Source of the DNA: Candidatus Poribacteria bacterium
GTDB lineage: Bacteria; Poribacteria; WGA-4E; WGA-3G
Assembly (NCBI GenBank): GCA_012270875.1
Contig: JAAXHI010000253.1
Span: 1-56,778 of the forward strand
Direction: 5' to 3'
DNA: 56,778 bases
Shown: positions 1 to 9,172 of the stretch, one piece after another
Position numbering within the stretch: position 1 is the first letter of the stretch
Layout: every line of letters begins with the position of its first letter
Made by a program: the position numbers and the translations under genes
The notes under the pieces: model-generated
Databases searched by the model: none
Told to the model about the DNA's origin: nothing
What the model saw: only the letters and a program-made list of their open reading frames with translations

Positions 1-30
1 TAAAATTGTCCAAACTTTAGTATACTTGTA

Positions 31-936
31 GTGATGCTGCTTACACCACAATTCTTGAAACAACTTGACCCTTTCTATATTCGTGCGAAGCACTCGTTCC
101 GTGGTAAATTCAGAGGCGAGCGGCGCAGCCTTAATCGCGGCACAGGTATGGAATTTGCCGATTATCGTGTTTATGAACCCGGCGATGACCTGCGGCATGT
201 TGATTGGAATATCTACGCACGCTTAGATCGACTCTTTATTAAACTCTTCCATACTGACGAAGGTTTACCCCTTGTGTTTCTCATTGATAATAGCCGTTCC
301 ATGGCATTCGGTTCGCCCACGAAGTTGATGTGTGCGAAGCAGATTGCCGCGGCATTAGGCTATATCGCCCTGGCACACGCCGATAGTGTTGCGGTCTACA
401 CTTGCAGTGAACGCCTCTCGCCAACGCTGTCACCAACATCAGGCAAATCACAATTCCCACGTTTGACGAAAGCACTTGACCGAATTGCAGCGTCCGGGCA
501 AACACGGTTGATGGAATGTTTCAAGCAGCTCCCGATGTACCAGCGACATCCCTGTATGGTTGTTATACTTTCAGATTTTTTGGAACCGAGTGGTTACGCG
601 GATGGACTTAAATTACTCTCAGGCCGCGGGTACTCCGTCGCAGCGATCCATTTGATGAGTCCAGAAGAGACAGATCCGCAAGCGCACTTGGAAAGGACAC
701 TTGCCGACGGAGACTGGTTGGTGGAAGATGCCGAAACAGGAGAAACGAGAGCCGTCACAATTAATGCGGAAACCCTTGCACAATACCAAGCGCAACAGCA
801 GACATTTTGTGAAACCTTGCAACGCTTCTGTACCCACCAAGGGATCAACTATGCTCAACTAAAGAGTGATACGTCCATAGAATCTTTTATTCTACAGGAA
901 CTCCACAAGGCGGGTCTCATCCAGAGAAATCGGTAA
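31..936 (+). CDS. DUF58 family protein (vWA-like partner of MoxR ATPases)
   Basis: 301-aa ORF. The motif [26 protein letters not shown] is the DUF58 signature, and a vWA-like LIDNSRSM follows. Confidence 0.85.
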   Translation: MMLLTPQFLKQLDPFYIRAKHSFRGKFRGERRSLNRGTGMEFADYRVYEPGDDLRHVDWNIYARLDRLFIKLFHTDEGLPLVFLIDNSRSMAFGSPTKLMCAKQIAAALGYIALAHADSVAVYTCSERLSPTLSPTSGKSQFPRLTKALDRIAASGQTRLMECFKQLPMYQRHPCMVVILSDFLEPSGYADGLKLLSGRGYSVAAIHLMSPEETDPQAHLERTLADGDWLVEDAETGETRAVTINAETLAQYQAQQQTFCETLQRFCTHQGINYAQLKSDTSIESFILQELHKAGLIQRNR

Positions 937-958
937 AGATCAGGAGAAAGTTTTATTT

Positions 959-1510
959 ATGAAAACACAGATACTACAAACAGACTTGGAACTAATCCAA
1001 GGTGATATAACGAAAGCGCAGGTTGATGCTATCGTGAATGCGGCGAACAGCCAACTTATCGGCGGTGGCGGTGTAGACGGTGCAATACGGCGTGCGGGTG
1101 GTGATGAAATAGAACAAGCCTGCGCGGAAATCCGCAAACGTGAAGGTGGCTGTCCTACGGGTAAAGCCGTTATTACTACTGGTGGTAACCTGTCTGCGAA
1201 ATATGTGATTCACACAGCCGGACCGGTATGGGAAGGCGGCGATTCAGGGGAGGCGGAACTGCTTGCGAGTTGTTATCAGTCGAGTCTCCGACTTGCTGTG
1301 GGAAACGGTGTTCAGAGCGTTGCTTTTCCGTCTATTAGCACCGGTATCTATGGATACCCAACGGAGAAGGCGGCAGTCGTTGCGTTAACCACGGTGAAAG
1401 CATTTGTGGAACAGAACAACACCGCGCCAACAACTATTCAGTTTATCTTGTTTGATGCGGCTACTCGGACGTGTTATGAGGACGCTCTGTCCGCTGTCTT
1501 CCCGAAATAA
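959..1510 (+). CDS. ymdB: Macro-domain protein (O-acetyl-ADP-ribose deacetylase, YmdB-like)
   Basis: [34 protein letters not shown] and VIHTAGPVW are classic macro-domain motifs. An AGGAGA RBS lies upstream. Confidence 0.9.
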   Translation: MKTQILQTDLELIQGDITKAQVDAIVNAANSQLIGGGGVDGAIRRAGGDEIEQACAEIRKREGGCPTGKAVITTGGNLSAKYVIHTAGPVWEGGDSGEAELLASCYQSSLRLAVGNGVQSVAFPSISTGIYGYPTEKAAVVALTTVKAFVEQNNTAPTTIQFILFDAATRTCYEDALSAVFPK

Positions 1511-1551
1511 AGCGTGCTAAAAAGTTATCCACGCTTGAAAGTTGTCCAAAA

Positions 1552-2730
1552 TTGAACACACGCAAATTTAGCCGAGTCTCGCTGATTCTCCCCATCTATA
1601 TTCCTGCGTTTTTATTGGCAACAGGCGGCGGTATTGTTTCCCCAACCCTCTCGATTTATGTCAAATCGTTTGAGTTATCCTATACATTGACGACGGTCGT
1701 GCTTGCTGTCGGTGTCCTTGGGAATATACCCGCGGGTATTTTGGTGGAACGGCTTGGTCGCAAGCCGTCGATGTTGTTCGGTCTGGTGATGATCGGGTTG
1801 TCAACTATCGGTATGGGGTTGGCAAGGAATTTTATTCAACTCATCGGTGCGCAACTGATTGGCGGCATCGGGAATGCGTTGTGGATGCTCGCTCGGCATG
1901 CCTATATGACAGATGTAATTCCGATGGCGAACCGCGGGAGAGCGATTGCGTTGTTCGGTGGCGTAAATCGGATGGGGACCTTCGCGGGACAATTCTGTTC
2001 TATCTTCCTCGGTGTGAACCTACGTCTACCCTTTTTTATCTATGCTGGTATTGTGATACTGAATTTCTGTCTCTGTATCTTTTTCATTCCAGAGACACGG
2101 CGCGGCAGAAGTCAAACGACCGATGAGAAAGTTCCGTACCTGAAGCACCTTCTCCAGATTTCGCGTCAGCACGCGCGGCTCCTCGCCACAGCAGGCGTTG
2201 GACAGGTCTGTGTACAAACATTGCGCCGCGGGTGTCATATTATTATTCCACTTTATGCCGATGAGATTGTAGGATTAAGCACGCAACAGGTCCGCTCAGT
2301 CGTCATGATATCCTCAGCGGTGGACATGTCAATGTTCCCTGTCGCTGGATCTATGATGGATCGGTTTGGTCGAAGATATGCGACGGTCCCTGGGATTTGC
2401 ATCTTTGCGACTGGTATGGTGTTGATGCCGTTTACAGGGACATTTAAGTGGTTGTTGCTTGCAGCGATTTTGATGCGACTCGGCAACGGTATCGCTTCAG
2501 GGACAATGATGACGCTCGGTGCTGACTTAGCACCACGAGAGGGGACGGGAGAGTTCTTAGGTTTGTGGCGGCTCACGGGAGATTTTGGGGGTTCGGCGGG
2601 ACCGGTTGTTGTCGGGAATCTTGCGGATTTGTTTGGGTTAAGTTATTCCGGTTTCGCGTTGGGAGGTATCGGTTATCTCGCGGTCGGGATTTTCTTGTGG
2701 TTGGTACCAGAAACGTTGCAAAAGGAATGA
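1552..2730 (+). CDS. MFS transporter
   Basis: 392-aa polytopic ORF with about 12 hydrophobic segments and the MFS loop motif VERLGRKP. The TTG start is uncertain. Confidence 0.8.
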   Translation: MNTRKFSRVSLILPIYIPAFLLATGGGIVSPTLSIYVKSFELSYTLTTVVLAVGVLGNIPAGILVERLGRKPSMLFGLVMIGLSTIGMGLARNFIQLIGAQLIGGIGNALWMLARHAYMTDVIPMANRGRAIALFGGVNRMGTFAGQFCSIFLGVNLRLPFFIYAGIVILNFCLCIFFIPETRRGRSQTTDEKVPYLKHLLQISRQHARLLATAGVGQVCVQTLRRGCHIIIPLYADEIVGLSTQQVRSVVMISSAVDMSMFPVAGSMMDRFGRRYATVPGICIFATGMVLMPFTGTFKWLLLAAILMRLGNGIASGTMMTLGADLAPREGTGEFLGLWRLTGDFGGSAGPVVVGNLADLFGLSYSGFALGGIGYLAVGIFLWLVPETLQKE

Positions 2731-2787
2731 CGGTTTCTATCTATAGGCAAGAAAATGCCTCACACGAACGAAAGTGAATGCCTTTGG

Positions 2788-3273
2788 TTAAGACTTGTTC
2801 TTTTTCGCTTCTTCTAAAAGCTGTTCTGCTTGTTCTGCGCGCTGTTCTGCTTGTTCTGCGCGCTTTCTTTCTTGTTCTGCGCGCTTTCTTTCTTGTTCTG
2901 CGCGTTGTTCCGCCCGTTCTGCGCGCTGTCTTTGCTGGTCTGCGATTCGTTTGGCATCTAAATAATACATAACACGCTCCAATCCTTTACAAAAAACGAT
3001 GGTAATTATTGTCAATAAGACGGTGAAAGCAGCGAGGTGTGTTACGATGGATTCCGCTATTTCCAGTGGCGGTGTTCCTGCTTTTCCTCCTTCATGGATT
3101 TCGCCGACTATAACCCACGAAGCGTATCCAATGAAGACAATGACAAAACTGTAAAACGCTGGATTCAACCACTTTTTCGGGATTCCACCCGGAAAGGCGA
3201 CATATTCGCCTGCCTGTTCTAAATCTTCGAGCGTTTTTCCATCTTGGTCGTCCAGGTGCGTATCCTCCACCAA
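2788..3273 (-). CDS. Two-TM membrane protein with C-terminal charged heptad-repeat tail
   Basis: 161-aa ORF with two hydrophobic helices and the tail RAERAEQRAEQERKRAEQERKRAEQAEQRAEQAEQ. Only a TTG or GTG start is available, so the start is uncertain. Confidence 0.6.
   Translation of the reverse strand: MVEDTHLDDQDGKTLEDLEQAGEYVAFPGGIPKKWLNPAFYSFVIVFIGYASWVIVGEIHEGGKAGTPPLEIAESIVTHLAAFTVLLTIITIVFCKGLERVMYYLDAKRIADQQRQRAERAEQRAEQERKRAEQERKRAEQAEQRAEQAEQLLEEAKKNKS
2820..2945. repeat. 6 x 21-bp in-frame tandem repeat (7-aa AEQ/ERKR units) inside the CDS
   Basis: Units 1 and 2 are identical (gctgttctgcttgttctgcgc). Units 3 and 4 are identical (gctttctttcttgttctgcgc). Units 5 and 6 are degenerate. 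Confidence 0.9.
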
Positions 3274-3300
3274 TTTAGCCTAAATTTGTCATAGAATGAA

Positions 3301-3386
3301 TGCCGGGAAAGGGGCTCGAACCCTTACGCGCATAATGCACACTAGACCCTGAACCTAGCCTGTCTACCAAATTCCAGCATCCCGGC
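3301..3386 (-). tRNA. tRNA-Leu (anticodon CAG), class II with long variable arm, no encoded CCA
   Basis: The reverse complement folds as acceptor GCCGGGA/UCCCGGC, D-loop GAAUUUGGUAGA, anticodon stem CUAGG/UCUAG with loop UUCAGGG, a 16-nt variable arm, and T-arm AAGGG-UUCGAGC-CCCUU. It is nearly collinear with E. coli tRNA-Leu(CAG). Confidence 0.92.
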
Positions 3387-3396
3387 GAGCAATTAT

Positions 3397-3425
3397 AGTA
3401 TATCCTAATTCCGGTGCGTTGTCAA
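3397..3425 (-). promoter_or_regulatory. Sigma-70-type promoter for tRNA-Leu
   Basis: On the minus strand: TTGACA, 17 nt, TATACT. The -10 hexamer ends about 10 nt before the tRNA 5' end. Confidence 0.55.
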
Positions 3426-3581
3426 ATTAAAATCTGGAGAAGCTGCTGGAAAGAAATCAGATTAAACTTATAACATGCTTGGCAAGTCTAATGTAATTAA
3501 TATGTTATGTCAATCACATTTTTGGTTGTAGTGTTGAACTGTGGTCGTGATTCTTCGTAGGAAAAAAAGGAGTACCAACTT

Positions 3582-4328
3582 ATGAGCGTAAAAATATTAC
3601 TCTGCGCGATGCTCGCGCTAAGCCTGGCTGTTAATTACAGTCAAGCCGAGATTGATCCGGATAGGATCGTCGGTATCTGGTTATTGGACGAAGGTAAAGG
3701 TGATACGGCTGAAGACGCGTCCGAAAACGGACGTGAAGGCACAATTACGAACGCGAAATGGGCAAAAGGCAAGTTCGATGGTGCCCTTGAAATCAAAAAG
3801 GGTGGAACCGTCACCATCCCGCTTGGCAAGGGTATAATAGGAGATAAAGTGACCTTCATCTTGTGGCTAAACTTTACCGACATCGGCGGTCAGCAGAATT
3901 ATTTCTCGATATGGGATCAGAGCAACAACCGCTATGTCCCTTACAAAGAAGGAGCAAATGTCCTCCGTAGTTGGACGAACACTTGGAATGTTACCAGCGG
4001 TGTGCCTGTTAAGGCGGGGACATGGTATCATGTCGCCAATGTCTACGACGGAGAGACCTGTAAAATCTATGTTGATGGCGAAGAGAAAGTTTCACAAAAG
4101 GTGCCGAAGTTCCAACTCCAAGACCAAGATCAGACAGCGTGGCTCGCTACGGATAAAGGGGTAGGCTTCCTGTCTGCCACTATTATGGATGAGGTCGGTC
4201 TCTTCAACGATGGACTCACCGAAGATGAAGTTCAGGGTATTATGAACGACGGTATCCTTTTCGCTGCTTTCGCTGTGGATCCGTCGGAAAAACTGCCTGT
4301 GCTGTGGGGCAAACTGAAGTCGCAGTAG
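3582..4328 (+). CDS. Secreted LamG / concanavalin-A-like lectin domain protein
   Basis: It has a signal peptide (MSVKILLCAMLALSLAVNYSQA). The Laminin_G_3-like pattern is GKFDGALE...VTFILWLNF...GTWYHVANVYDGETCKIYVDGE. An AGGAG RBS is present. Confidence 0.8.
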   Translation: MSVKILLCAMLALSLAVNYSQAEIDPDRIVGIWLLDEGKGDTAEDASENGREGTITNAKWAKGKFDGALEIKKGGTVTIPLGKGIIGDKVTFILWLNFTDIGGQQNYFSIWDQSNNRYVPYKEGANVLRSWTNTWNVTSGVPVKAGTWYHVANVYDGETCKIYVDGEEKVSQKVPKFQLQDQDQTAWLATDKGVGFLSATIMDEVGLFNDGLTEDEVQGIMNDGILFAAFAVDPSEKLPVLWGKLKSQ

Positions 4329-4338
4329 CCATAATTTT

Positions 4339-4368
4339 GCGGTCCCTCTGCTTGCTTGGGACCGCTTT
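4339..4368 (+). terminator. Intrinsic terminator-like hairpin after the LamG gene
   Basis: An 8-bp stem GCGGTCCC / GGGACCGC is followed by TTT. Confidence 0.5.
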
Positions 4369-4386
4369 CACAGAAGGAGGGTGCCG

Positions 4387-4875
4387 ATGCAATACTTTGC
4401 GTACGGATCCAACATGAACGTTTCGCAGACGGAACAACGGTGCCCCGGTATCACGCGTATAGGGACATTTCAACTTGAAGGTTTTCGCCTTATCTTTAAC
4501 TACCACGCCGATATTATCCCCGAGGCGGGGTGTATTGTTCACGGCGGACTCTGGAATATCACAGCAAGCCACGAAGTCGCTCTCGATATGTACGAAGGCT
4601 ACCCGACGTACTACGGCAAGTATTACGCAGACGATGTCATGTTCTATCGGATGAAAGATGCGTCTGAAGATTTGGAGCCACCGTCAAAATGGTATCTACA
4701 AACTATCATCCAAGGATACAAGGATTTTGGGTTAACACAAGAAGACTTTGAAGAGAGTCTCGGTGTCCAGCAACTTGGGTTAACGCAAACAGACCTTGAA
4801 GCGCGGCTCGGCGTGTCAATAGATGAACTTGAACAATTATTCTCTCGCGTAGCAACCTCTCCTATCTATCGGTAA
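4387..4875 (+). CDS. Gamma-glutamylcyclotransferase (AIG2/GGCT-like) family protein
   Basis: The N-terminal YFAYGSNMN motif marks the GGCT fold. A GAAGGAGG RBS lies just upstream of the ATG at 4387. Confidence 0.75.
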   Translation: MQYFAYGSNMNVSQTEQRCPGITRIGTFQLEGFRLIFNYHADIIPEAGCIVHGGLWNITASHEVALDMYEGYPTYYGKYYADDVMFYRMKDASEDLEPPSKWYLQTIIQGYKDFGLTQEDFEESLGVQQLGLTQTDLEARLGVSIDELEQLFSRVATSPIYR

Positions 4876-4885
4876 ACTCCGCCCT

Positions 4886-6616
4886 TCAGATCACCCGTTT
4901 CACATACACGTAATACGCCCCAATAGCCAGTTCACCGGATTCATCTGTGAACTCGGTGTGCATGCGCGTTTGACCGGCAGTGAGATCGAACGTAAACGTC
5001 ACGCCTTTCGCATTGGGTGGAATCGCTTGCGTAGCTATCTGCTCGCCAACGCGAATTTGCGCTGTTGTTAACGCCAACGCCTTTCCGCCGTTGTAAAGGT
5101 CAATATGCTCGCCGGGAATGCCAACCGTTATCGCCCTGTCTTCGGCGAGGGGCCACCGGCGTAGTTCAAAACTATACTGCCCGTCTTCTGGAACCTCGAT
5201 TGCCCAATAGCCGTTGCACTCCATACCGCGGCGGATCATCCCTTGATTCCACGCGTGTGCTTCCCCGTGCCAGTCGTGCGTTGTGATAGACGTTACAGGT
5301 TCGTTCTGTGTTCCGATGACAATCGGACAGTCTTCATCAAACCGTTCTGAAACAATTTTCCACCACGCTTCATAATGCTCACGGAGTTCAGCAACAACCT
5401 CTGGATGTGCGTCGGCAATGTCGTGCTGTTGTCCCGGGTCGGCTTGAATATCGTAGAGTTCTTTGCCGTTGATAAGTCGCCACCGTTGTGACATCGTTGC
5501 GCTGTCTTTCCACTTAATCGGGTTTTCGACGCGCTGTGAATCCGTAACGATCACGCGTTCTTCCCACATCTCCGCTTCATTTCTCAACAACGGGGTAATA
5601 CTGGTACCGTGGAAAGTCGTATTTTCGGAGATTTCGAGATCACACAGGTCTATCAACGTAGGGAGCAAATCAATGTTTGCGGTGAGTTCATGTACCTCTT
5701 GCTTTTCGGTGAACCCGCCGCCGGGCCAGTGCATAAAGAGCGGCACACGATGCCCGCCTTCATAAGCGGATCCTTTTTTACCGCGCATTCCTGCGTTGTA
5801 TCCGTCTCTGACGAACTGTTGGGCATCCAAATTACATCCCATTGCAGAGCCGTTGTCGGTCATGAAAATGAGGATGGTGTTTTCCTCAAGTCCTAAGACT
5901 CGGAGGTGGTGTCGCAATCGCGCCATGTTGTCGTCAATATTGGTTATCATGCCGTAGAAGTTCGCGCGTTCTCCCGGTACATCTTTCCTTCGGTAGACAT
6001 CGCCATAAGCATCAGGCACGCGGAACGGGCCGTGCGGTGCATTCGTCGAGAGATAGCAGAAAAACGGACGGTTCTGATCGCCTTCAGCCTGCCGCTCAAT
6101 AAACGCCATCGCTTCCTGAAACCAGACATCGGTGCAGTAACCCTCAAAGGGTTGTTCGGAGCCGTTGCGGAAATAGGTGTCGTCAAAATAGTCGTTGCCC
6201 CAATAGTCAGGGGTTTGACTGATACCACCGCCGCCGTGATAGAGTGCTTCGTCGAAACCTCTATCGTGTGGACGGAACGGGTAGTTGTCGCCGAGGTGCC
6301 ACTTGCCGAACATAGCGGTCTGATAGCCGTTGCGCCGGAAGATATCTGCCATCGTGACCTCGTCGCTGCGGAGCAGTGAACGTCCACCGATGGTATGCCA
6401 CACGCCTGTGGAGTTGCAGTAGTGTCCCGTCATGATGCCCGCGCGCGTCGGTGAACAGGTAGGCCCGACGTGTAGGTTCTGTAGTTGTACACTCTCATTA
6501 GCGAGCGCGTCGAGATTGGGTGTGTTGATAACGAGGTTTCCGGTGCATCCCAAATCGCCGTAGCCTTGGTCATCGGTGATGACGAAAACGAGGTTCGGTG
6601 TATTCTGCTGTGCCAC
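4886..6616 (-). CDS. Arylsulfatase (formylglycine-dependent sulfatase family)
   Basis: LVFVITDDQG starts the protein. The sulfatase signature CSPTRAGIMTG (C-x-P-x-R) and GKWHLG are present. It uses a GTG start with an AAGGAG RBS. Confidence 0.9.
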   Translation of the reverse strand: MAQQNTPNLVFVITDDQGYGDLGCTGNLVINTPNLDALANESVQLQNLHVGPTCSPTRAGIMTGHYCNSTGVWHTIGGRSLLRSDEVTMADIFRRNGYQTAMFGKWHLGDNYPFRPHDRGFDEALYHGGGGISQTPDYWGNDYFDDTYFRNGSEQPFEGYCTDVWFQEAMAFIERQAEGDQNRPFFCYLSTNAPHGPFRVPDAYGDVYRRKDVPGERANFYGMITNIDDNMARLRHHLRVLGLEENTILIFMTDNGSAMGCNLDAQQFVRDGYNAGMRGKKGSAYEGGHRVPLFMHWPGGGFTEKQEVHELTANIDLLPTLIDLCDLEISENTTFHGTSITPLLRNEAEMWEERVIVTDSQRVENPIKWKDSATMSQRWRLINGKELYDIQADPGQQHDIADAHPEVVAELREHYEAWWKIVSERFDEDCPIVIGTQNEPVTSITTHDWHGEAHAWNQGMIRRGMECNGYWAIEVPEDGQYSFELRRWPLAEDRAITVGIPGEHIDLYNGGKALALTTAQIRVGEQIATQAIPPNAKGVTFTFDLTAGQTRMHTEFTDESGELAIGAYYVYVKRVI

Positions 6617-6722
6617 GATTCATATCTCCTTTTTTATCTTTTATAAGTGCACTTTGACAAAGTTTAGGCAGCTTCTGAGGAATGTGAAGCAGCAAGGATT
6701 TTTTGAGGATAACGTTAAATTT

Positions 6723-9065
6723 CTATACAACCTCTAAGTGTTTATGTCGTGTTCTACGACACAGTTCATCAAAATCAGCACGTCCTTTCAGATTATACTC
6801 CCCATCTAAGCTTTGTCTTAAAAGGTTTTCCCCTGTAAGAACCAATATCTGATTATCAGAACGACCAACTAACTCGGAAAGAGATTGTTTCTCTACCTCG
6901 GTCAAATTACTTAACTTTCCGAAAGCGAGAATTGCTTGTGGGAATTTTTTACCAAGTATTTCCATTTTCTCAATATCTCCATCCGTAAAATCCCTAAACG
7001 TTTTACATTCAGCAAATATGGTCTCAATGTTATCCCTCCCAAGCATTTGAAAAAACAAGGCAAGATCAAATTCCTTCCCAACAATTTTTTCTTCATCTTG
7101 ATCAGTAATATCCTGTTTTTTTAGGTTGAAACTCATAAGTGGTGTTATTGAACCATCCAACATTTGGCGGTCAGAAAAAAATCGCAGAAGTAGAAGTACG
7201 GTATAAGCCCCTTCAGATTTGCTGGGCGAGTCAAACGCTCCTATTGTTCGATAAGCCCACTTAATGTTTTTGCTAGGGTTGAACGGAAATTCAAAGGGAC
7301 CAAAACACCGAGGACATTTCAACATATAACCTGCATCATCTATGGAGAACCATGACTTTTGTTTACAATTTGGACAAGACGCTCTCATACCGGGTTGTAA
7401 AACGTTCGCGTCAACGAGTCTCTTGAGAATATTCTCCGTATCATACTCAAGATTTTCTCCATCATTAGACCTTTCTTGTAAGATTCTGTTAAGTTTCGCC
7501 CAAAGTTTTTCTTGCGATAGGTTTTTTCCATTATTCATTTTATCCAACAAACCTATAATACCTTTGATTGCCAAAACCTGAGAAAATCGAATTCCGAGTC
7601 TTTTTATTATTTGAGTAACGATGTGTCCGGCATTTGAAATTTCGAGTTCCCACCCATGAGACTTCATCCAACTATCAAAAATCACTTCAGATGGGGGTGA
7701 CCATATCTGATAATCTTGTTCTGGTTCGTATACTAAACGGACTAAATTATTTTTTGAAGCGCGGAAATTGGTATCAGATTGAAAGAATAAAGACAAGTCT
7801 TTGAATCCTTCAGGTAATACAGACGTAGTTATTAATTTGTCGTTATAGAAACTAAAGTAAATTTCATTAGCAAAGCGAGGCGTATGTGTAGGCGATGATT
7901 TGGTTTTTATGTTTGGTGAAAGTGTTTTCACAATCACTCCATCATTGGAGGGTTGATCAAATATATCATGGTACGCCGTTCCGGCACTAAAACTACGCAT
8001 ACCGCGCGTGTCGTCAACCGGTAATTTTCCCCACATCGGCGGATAATCCCCCTGAAATTGCATATATTCATTTGAGTTGAAAAATTCATTGAAGAACTCA
8101 AGGAATTCTTCATCAGATACAGAACTACTTTTGATAACTCTACGATAAAACTCAACAGCTCTTATCCATGCTATAGAATCCGACTCAGCATTATCTGAAT
8201 TTATAGCATTTCTGCCAATAAGGTTCAAAACAAAACTTCTTATACTTTCCTCCTGTGCAAATTGCTTTGGTATGGCGTATACTGTTCGGCAAGTAGCCCG
8301 TAGATTCCAATAATCAATAATATCAATAGGTTTTTCGGCATCAAAGAAAAAAATGACACTCTGACCCGAAGAAATTCTAGAGAACCCTAAACTGTTTATT
8401 CCCATTAAATATACGCGTCTACTACGGACTTGATCTGTGAACAAGTAATTGGGACTATGATCAGTTTGAGCCCTGATGTATTCCACATAATTTGACGCGG
8501 ATATGTCAACCGATTCAACGCTTAAATGATTCTGAAACTTTTGTTCAAGTATCTCAGTAATTGCTTCAGGGAGCAATCCGAAAAGACTGGATAATAAAGG
8601 ATATGACGAATCATCAAAGCGAGGTATGCATATTTCCAGTGGTGTCCCCATAATGTCAAACTCAAACTCATTATTTTTTAGATAATGGGACAATGTTTCA
8701 AAGATATTGATTCCATAACCGGCTGTGCCATCTATCTGTGCTCCCGCCAGAAAGATTGATGGATGATCAATTATGCTTCTATCGCCGAGATTTAAATCGG
8801 AGTTAGAGGATTCTCCCATTGGTACTACACAATCTGGATCGAAATTATTCAAATATCCCGAAACAACGTCTTGAGGAGTAATGCCCCGACAATCATACCA
8901 ATTTTCTATGTTCTGCTGAAAAACTGGAATTATTGCATTAAATTTACCGCTCCATAAAAATGTATTAATTTCTATAACACGTTGAAGTGAATCAACATCC
9001 GTTGGATCTACAAGAAAAGCGTGTCTAATTGGTCTTGTGTTGATGCTAACAATGCCATCTCTCAT
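6723..9065 (-). CDS. 780-aa orphan protein with an unrecognised N-terminal 560 aa, a CxxC-N16-CxxC zinc ribbon and a PD-(D/E)xK-like C-terminal module (candidate nuclease / defence effector)
   Basis: An uninterrupted 2343-nt ORF sits in visibly AT-rich DNA. The zinc ribbon is CPNCKQKSWFSIDDAGYMLKCPRC (aa 564-587). EFDLALFF (D667) and IFAECK (E686, K688) fit a PD-(D/E)xK core. The functional call is inference. Confidence 0.6.
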   Translation of the reverse strand: MRDGIVSINTRPIRHAFLVDPTDVDSLQRVIEINTFLWSGKFNAIIPVFQQNIENWYDCRGITPQDVVSGYLNNFDPDCVVPMGESSNSDLNLGDRSIIDHPSIFLAGAQIDGTAGYGINIFETLSHYLKNNEFEFDIMGTPLEICIPRFDDSSYPLLSSLFGLLPEAITEILEQKFQNHLSVESVDISASNYVEYIRAQTDHSPNYLFTDQVRSRRVYLMGINSLGFSRISSGQSVIFFFDAEKPIDIIDYWNLRATCRTVYAIPKQFAQEESIRSFVLNLIGRNAINSDNAESDSIAWIRAVEFYRRVIKSSSVSDEEFLEFFNEFFNSNEYMQFQGDYPPMWGKLPVDDTRGMRSFSAGTAYHDIFDQPSNDGVIVKTLSPNIKTKSSPTHTPRFANEIYFSFYNDKLITTSVLPEGFKDLSLFFQSDTNFRASKNNLVRLVYEPEQDYQIWSPPSEVIFDSWMKSHGWELEISNAGHIVTQIIKRLGIRFSQVLAIKGIIGLLDKMNNGKNLSQEKLWAKLNRILQERSNDGENLEYDTENILKRLVDANVLQPGMRASCPNCKQKSWFSIDDAGYMLKCPRCFGPFEFPFNPSKNIKWAYRTIGAFDSPSKSEGAYTVLLLLRFFSDRQMLDGSITPLMSFNLKKQDITDQDEEKIVGKEFDLALFFQMLGRDNIETIFAECKTFRDFTDGDIEKMEILGKKFPQAILAFGKLSNLTEVEKQSLSELVGRSDNQILVLTGENLLRQSLDGEYNLKGRADFDELCRRTRHKHLEVV

Positions 9066-9105
9066 AAGAAATCACTGGTCCTTAGACTGTAGAACTCCCC
9101 GATCT

Positions 9106-9169
9106 GATACTCTTAAAATCCCCGTAATCTGTGTAATCCATGATAATCCGCGATTCAGACAGTAGGCAG
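9106..9169. repeat. Family-C intergenic repeat, copy 1
   Basis: It shares GATACTCTTAAAATCC..AATCTGTG..TAATCC(A/G)TGAT..TCAGACA with the copy at 11475-11537. It lies 4 nt 3' of a minus-strand stop codon. Confidence 0.8.
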
Positions 9170-9172
9170 TCA

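Noticed and set aside
2778-2972. Plus-strand ORF encoding LLVLRAVLLVLRAFFLVLRAFFLVLR.
   Set aside because: It is the antisense translation of the 21-bp tandem repeat in the minus-strand gene at 2788-3273, with no RBS. The same applies to ORF 10826..11176, which is the serine-rich antisense of the repeat in 10780-11250.
5906-6387. Long ORFs (157 aa on the plus strand, 146 aa on the minus strand in an alternative frame) inside the sulfatase gene. Similar shadow ORFs occur inside the EBP, asd, ugd, amidohydrolase and dehydratase genes.
   Set aside because: They overlap strongly supported genes, lack RBSs and have low-complexity or Arg/Ser-rich composition. That is typical of off-frame translation of GC-richer coding DNA.
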